Positions 61,226 to 64,000 of a stretch of 64,000 nt of DNA are shown in pieces. Position 1 is the stretch's first letter. Every line of letters starts with the position of its first letter. The stretch lies in assembly GCA_001949185.1 (NCBI GenBank), contig BDGG01000004.1, positions 1,203,620 to 1,267,619 on the forward strand, given 5' to 3'. A program made the translations under genes and the position numbers. The stretch comes from Ramazzottius varieornatus. Lineage: Eukaryota > Animalia > Tardigrada. The notes beneath the pieces were generated by a model. The model had not been told where the DNA came from, ran no database searches, and worked only from the letters and a program-made list of their open reading frames with translations.

Positions 61226-62238
61226 ATGGAGCTTACCGCTGTTGCAAAGCAGTTACAAGTCAGCAGTGCCTGTCTTGTTCCTGGAGTTTTATTGCTGTTG
61301 TCAATCATCAATGGTAAGTGATCCTTTGAGGGTTTGTGACAGGTTATGCCCAGGACCCACGGGTAGCTCCACGTCTTGGCTGACCAACACTGTTAGGACA
61401 AAATGGGGAGCTCTTCACACAAAATCGACTAAGCCATTGTTCTAAGTGGCGCACCTTTCAAGTAATCTTGGCTGGAAGCGTGCGCCACTTGGGCGAGTGT
61501 GGTTGTCGAGCTCGAAATTCTCACCCAGGGTATCTCACCGTATCTGAGCGAATTGTTTTTCAGACGTGAATGCCCTCAGTTGTGTCATATGCGATTCCAT
61601 GACCAGCGCGTCCTGCAAAACGCATCCGTATGTGGTGGGACCCACTGACTGCAATAAATGGTGTAACGAGCGCAGGTGAGAACCTCTTCCCGTTGTTCTG
61701 CTGGGAATGTGGACAGTGCGAAACGAACTATCGCTATTATACTTATTCTAACGTAGTACTCATTTGACAGCGGTTTCATTCCTCAAGTGACGATTTCTGA
61801 CGCACAGTCGCGTTTATCCCGGACTTATCCTCCCGTTCCCTGTCCGGACAAATTCACCAGCTGTCGGAAAATCTGGCAAAGTTGTAGGTTGTTATCAGAG
61901 TAGCTCGGATATGAGTAGGAGAAACTGAGCGATTATTTACCACAGGATATTACATGGTCGATCGAATCGTCATTGCGCCACATTCTGTTTTTATAGCAAC
62001 GCAATCGCAAGAGAATGGCGGATATCCGGTGGAACGAGTCATGCGAACTTGCGGGTTTGTCGGTGACGAGACCCAGTCGCAATATTCTAAGAGTGTCGCC
62101 GAGAGCTCGCGAAGGGTGGTCTACACTTGTTTCGGAGACGGATGCAATAGCGGAACAGGTCTTCACCGGGGAACCGGAGAAGCCGTTCTAGCGGTGACGC
62201 TTTTGTGGGCCACGCTGATCAGAATACTATTAATATAA
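61226..62238 (+). CDS. Ly6/uPAR three-finger GPI-anchored protein (crok/quiver-like)
   Basis: Signal peptide, LSCVICDS, SCRKIWQ, RVMRTCG, TCFGDGCN and a hydrophobic GPI tail. Four exons join in frame. Confidence 0.82.
61422..61530. repeat. Family A copy 9 (Ly6 intron 1)
   Basis: CTAAGTGGCGCAC...GTGCGCCACTTGG. Confidence 0.8.
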
Positions 62239-62708
62239 ATCTTGGAATTGGTACGAGTCTGCACCTTGGAACCAAAAGAGGAAGAGAAGCCAAAGAGAAG
62301 CGATCTGGTCTCAGAGCCTTCGAAAAATTCCCCGTAGCATTTCTTATTCACTACTACGCATGATCTCTTCTTCGTTTGCTAACTTTGATTGACGAACTTT
62401 AGTCCGTGTGAGTTGTACACGAACAAAGCCGGTAGTGGTGACGACAAAGAGCTTTTACCGTTAACGTTCATTATGTTTGGAATTGTTTTACGGTCCGATA
62501 ACACTGGTACTGTGAAATCGTAGTGTCGGTGAAGTTGGGTGAATGTATTTGTGTGTTCTCAAGCGTGATAAAATTTAATACACGCCAGGTGTCCTAGCGT
62601 TCCGAAAAGATAAGAAACCATAAATACCCGGAAAACTCGCACAAGTGCCTTAAAACTAGAAGAGAATTTGTACGACTATGGAAACAAAGCGTTAGGAATT
62701 GCTTTCCA

Positions 62709-64000
62709 TTATACATCCGGCCTTTTTGGATCGCTGGCTCTCTTCGTGTCTTGACGTTCCCAAATCTGTACAAAACCAGTCGCACAACATTACGTGCTCT
62801 CTAATAAGACGGCGGTCTTCAGACCCTGTGGGATGGATATGAGAACTGTACCTGTATGTATGATTCCGACAGGGTGATCATCTGCGGTAGTACTTCCGTA
62901 ACGTGAAGATCCTGCATCTCGAACCATTTCGAAGTACCTTTGTGCAGAACGAAGACCCGATACGTGCCTTTGCGCGCTTCGCCGTCGTGGACCACATTGG
63001 CGATCAGGTCGTAGGTCGTACACTTGTGCTTCTTGCGATGCTCATCCTTCAACAATTCTCCAAAATCGACGTTTCTGCAAAAATTAATACGATAAACACA
63101 TTCACCCCCACGTTGCATTAGCGTCTGATGCTTCCAAGATACCTACCTGATAGGAAAGTTGACGATCGTCGTATTCTTTTCCACGAAAAATGTGTTGTTG
63201 TTAAATCTCTGCAAATAGAGAATGGCCAAGCGATTGTGGATGAAAACAGCGCGAGAAAACCAAACGGACGAACCTTAATGTTTAAGAGAAGGTAAGGCGG
63301 AAGTTGCGTCAGTTCGAACCGCTTCAGAGTGGAGTCCTTATACGTCTTGTACTCTTTCTCCTGAATGCCGTTAAACTTTTGAAGAAGCGTGAAGAGCGGC
63401 ACCTGAGGAATGATATTCTCATCTTTATCATCGGAAAACAGCGGCATGGGCGGAAGATCGCAGGTCAGAAACAGGTAAGGCGTCTTGGTCGTCTTCTCTC
63501 GGTACTCTGGAAGTTTCTCCAGTTCAGCTTTCTGTTCTGCCGTCTGCAAATCCATACCGCTCCTGTAGCAGTAATGTAATGGTACCGTGATGAATGGAGA
63601 CGTAAAGCGGACTTACCGCTTCAACCGGAGGCAACTTATTCTCGTGAACATTCATTTTGCCGCGGAAGGTTTTGTATATGACCGTGTTGGAATTCTCGTC
63701 CCCGTTCAGACTCTTGTGCATTGCGTTGAGAAACCAGCATATAAAATCAACGGCGTCACCTAACCAAAAGAGAAAAGTACTACCCCTAGCTAGACCGAGC
63801 TTACGAACGGTGAAATCGAACGAAGAACTTCCGGTACGCACCTTGTTTGGTGAACTGGAACTTTTTCTTGCTACACAGTACGACAGCCTGGAGCATTTCG
63901 TGTGGGCTAACATGTGCTTTGAACTTCCGGCTGTTCCACATTTTACGAATGAGTTCGCCGAAACGCTGGACAAGTAAGACCATAATGTCTCCTGGCGGGC
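62709..64000 (-). CDS. USP39: U4/U6.U5 tri-snRNP-associated protein 2 (Sad1), 5' end outside window
   Basis: RFGELIRKMWN..FKAHVSPHEMLQAV, DENIIPQVPL, YDLIANVVHDG, MQDLHVTEVLPQMITLSESYIQ|IWERQ. Confidence 0.95.

Noticed and set aside
6722-61530. Family A as intron-generating (introner) elements or strand-specific RNA motifs
   Set aside because: Element ends do not coincide with splice sites, and orientation is mixed relative to host genes.
1-64000. Prokaryote-style systems (CRISPR array, defence island, operon, retron) or a horizontally acquired bacterial gene
   Set aside because: All recognisable genes are spliceosomal or clearly metazoan. The palindromic repeats are dispersed, not arrayed with spacers. 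The intronless ERG28 and CMPK1 look eukaryotic.

Overview
Gene-dense animal genomic DNA with short GT-AG introns (mostly about 55-270 bp). It is not prokaryotic. The compact architecture and gene set (Salvador, muscle LIM protein, crok/quiver-type Ly6, SYT15, CNG channel) fit a small-genome invertebrate such as a tardigrade, but that is an inference I cannot verify here. I can reconstruct about 23 protein-coding genes by joining ORF fragments at splice sites: POLR1A (5'-truncated), a CNG channel alpha subunit, a TGN38/KCT2-like protein, SYT15-like, Salvador, perilipin, ERG28, muscle LIM protein, CDC50, IFT52, DUSP11, UMP-CMP kinase, SREBP, sulfiredoxin, kynurenine aminotransferase, H2A.Z, OGDH, a Ly6 protein, USP39 (5'-truncated) and three orphan genes. 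I see no evidence of a multi-gene novel system. The strongest unusual signals are: (1) two families of short palindromic MITE-like elements found only in introns; (2) a TA-flanked 663-bp IS630-Tc1-mariner/pogo deletion derivative with 56-bp TIRs that keeps an intact psq-type HTH micro-ORF, upstream of OGDH; (3) a CNG alpha subunit whose selectivity filter reads TMIGIT instead of TTIGET; (4) a CDC50 with a possible splice-dependent ~210-aa disordered tail and a hairpin next to the splice donor; (5) orphan hydrophilic genes head-to-head with stress and chromatin genes. Gene coordinates are manual and include introns.
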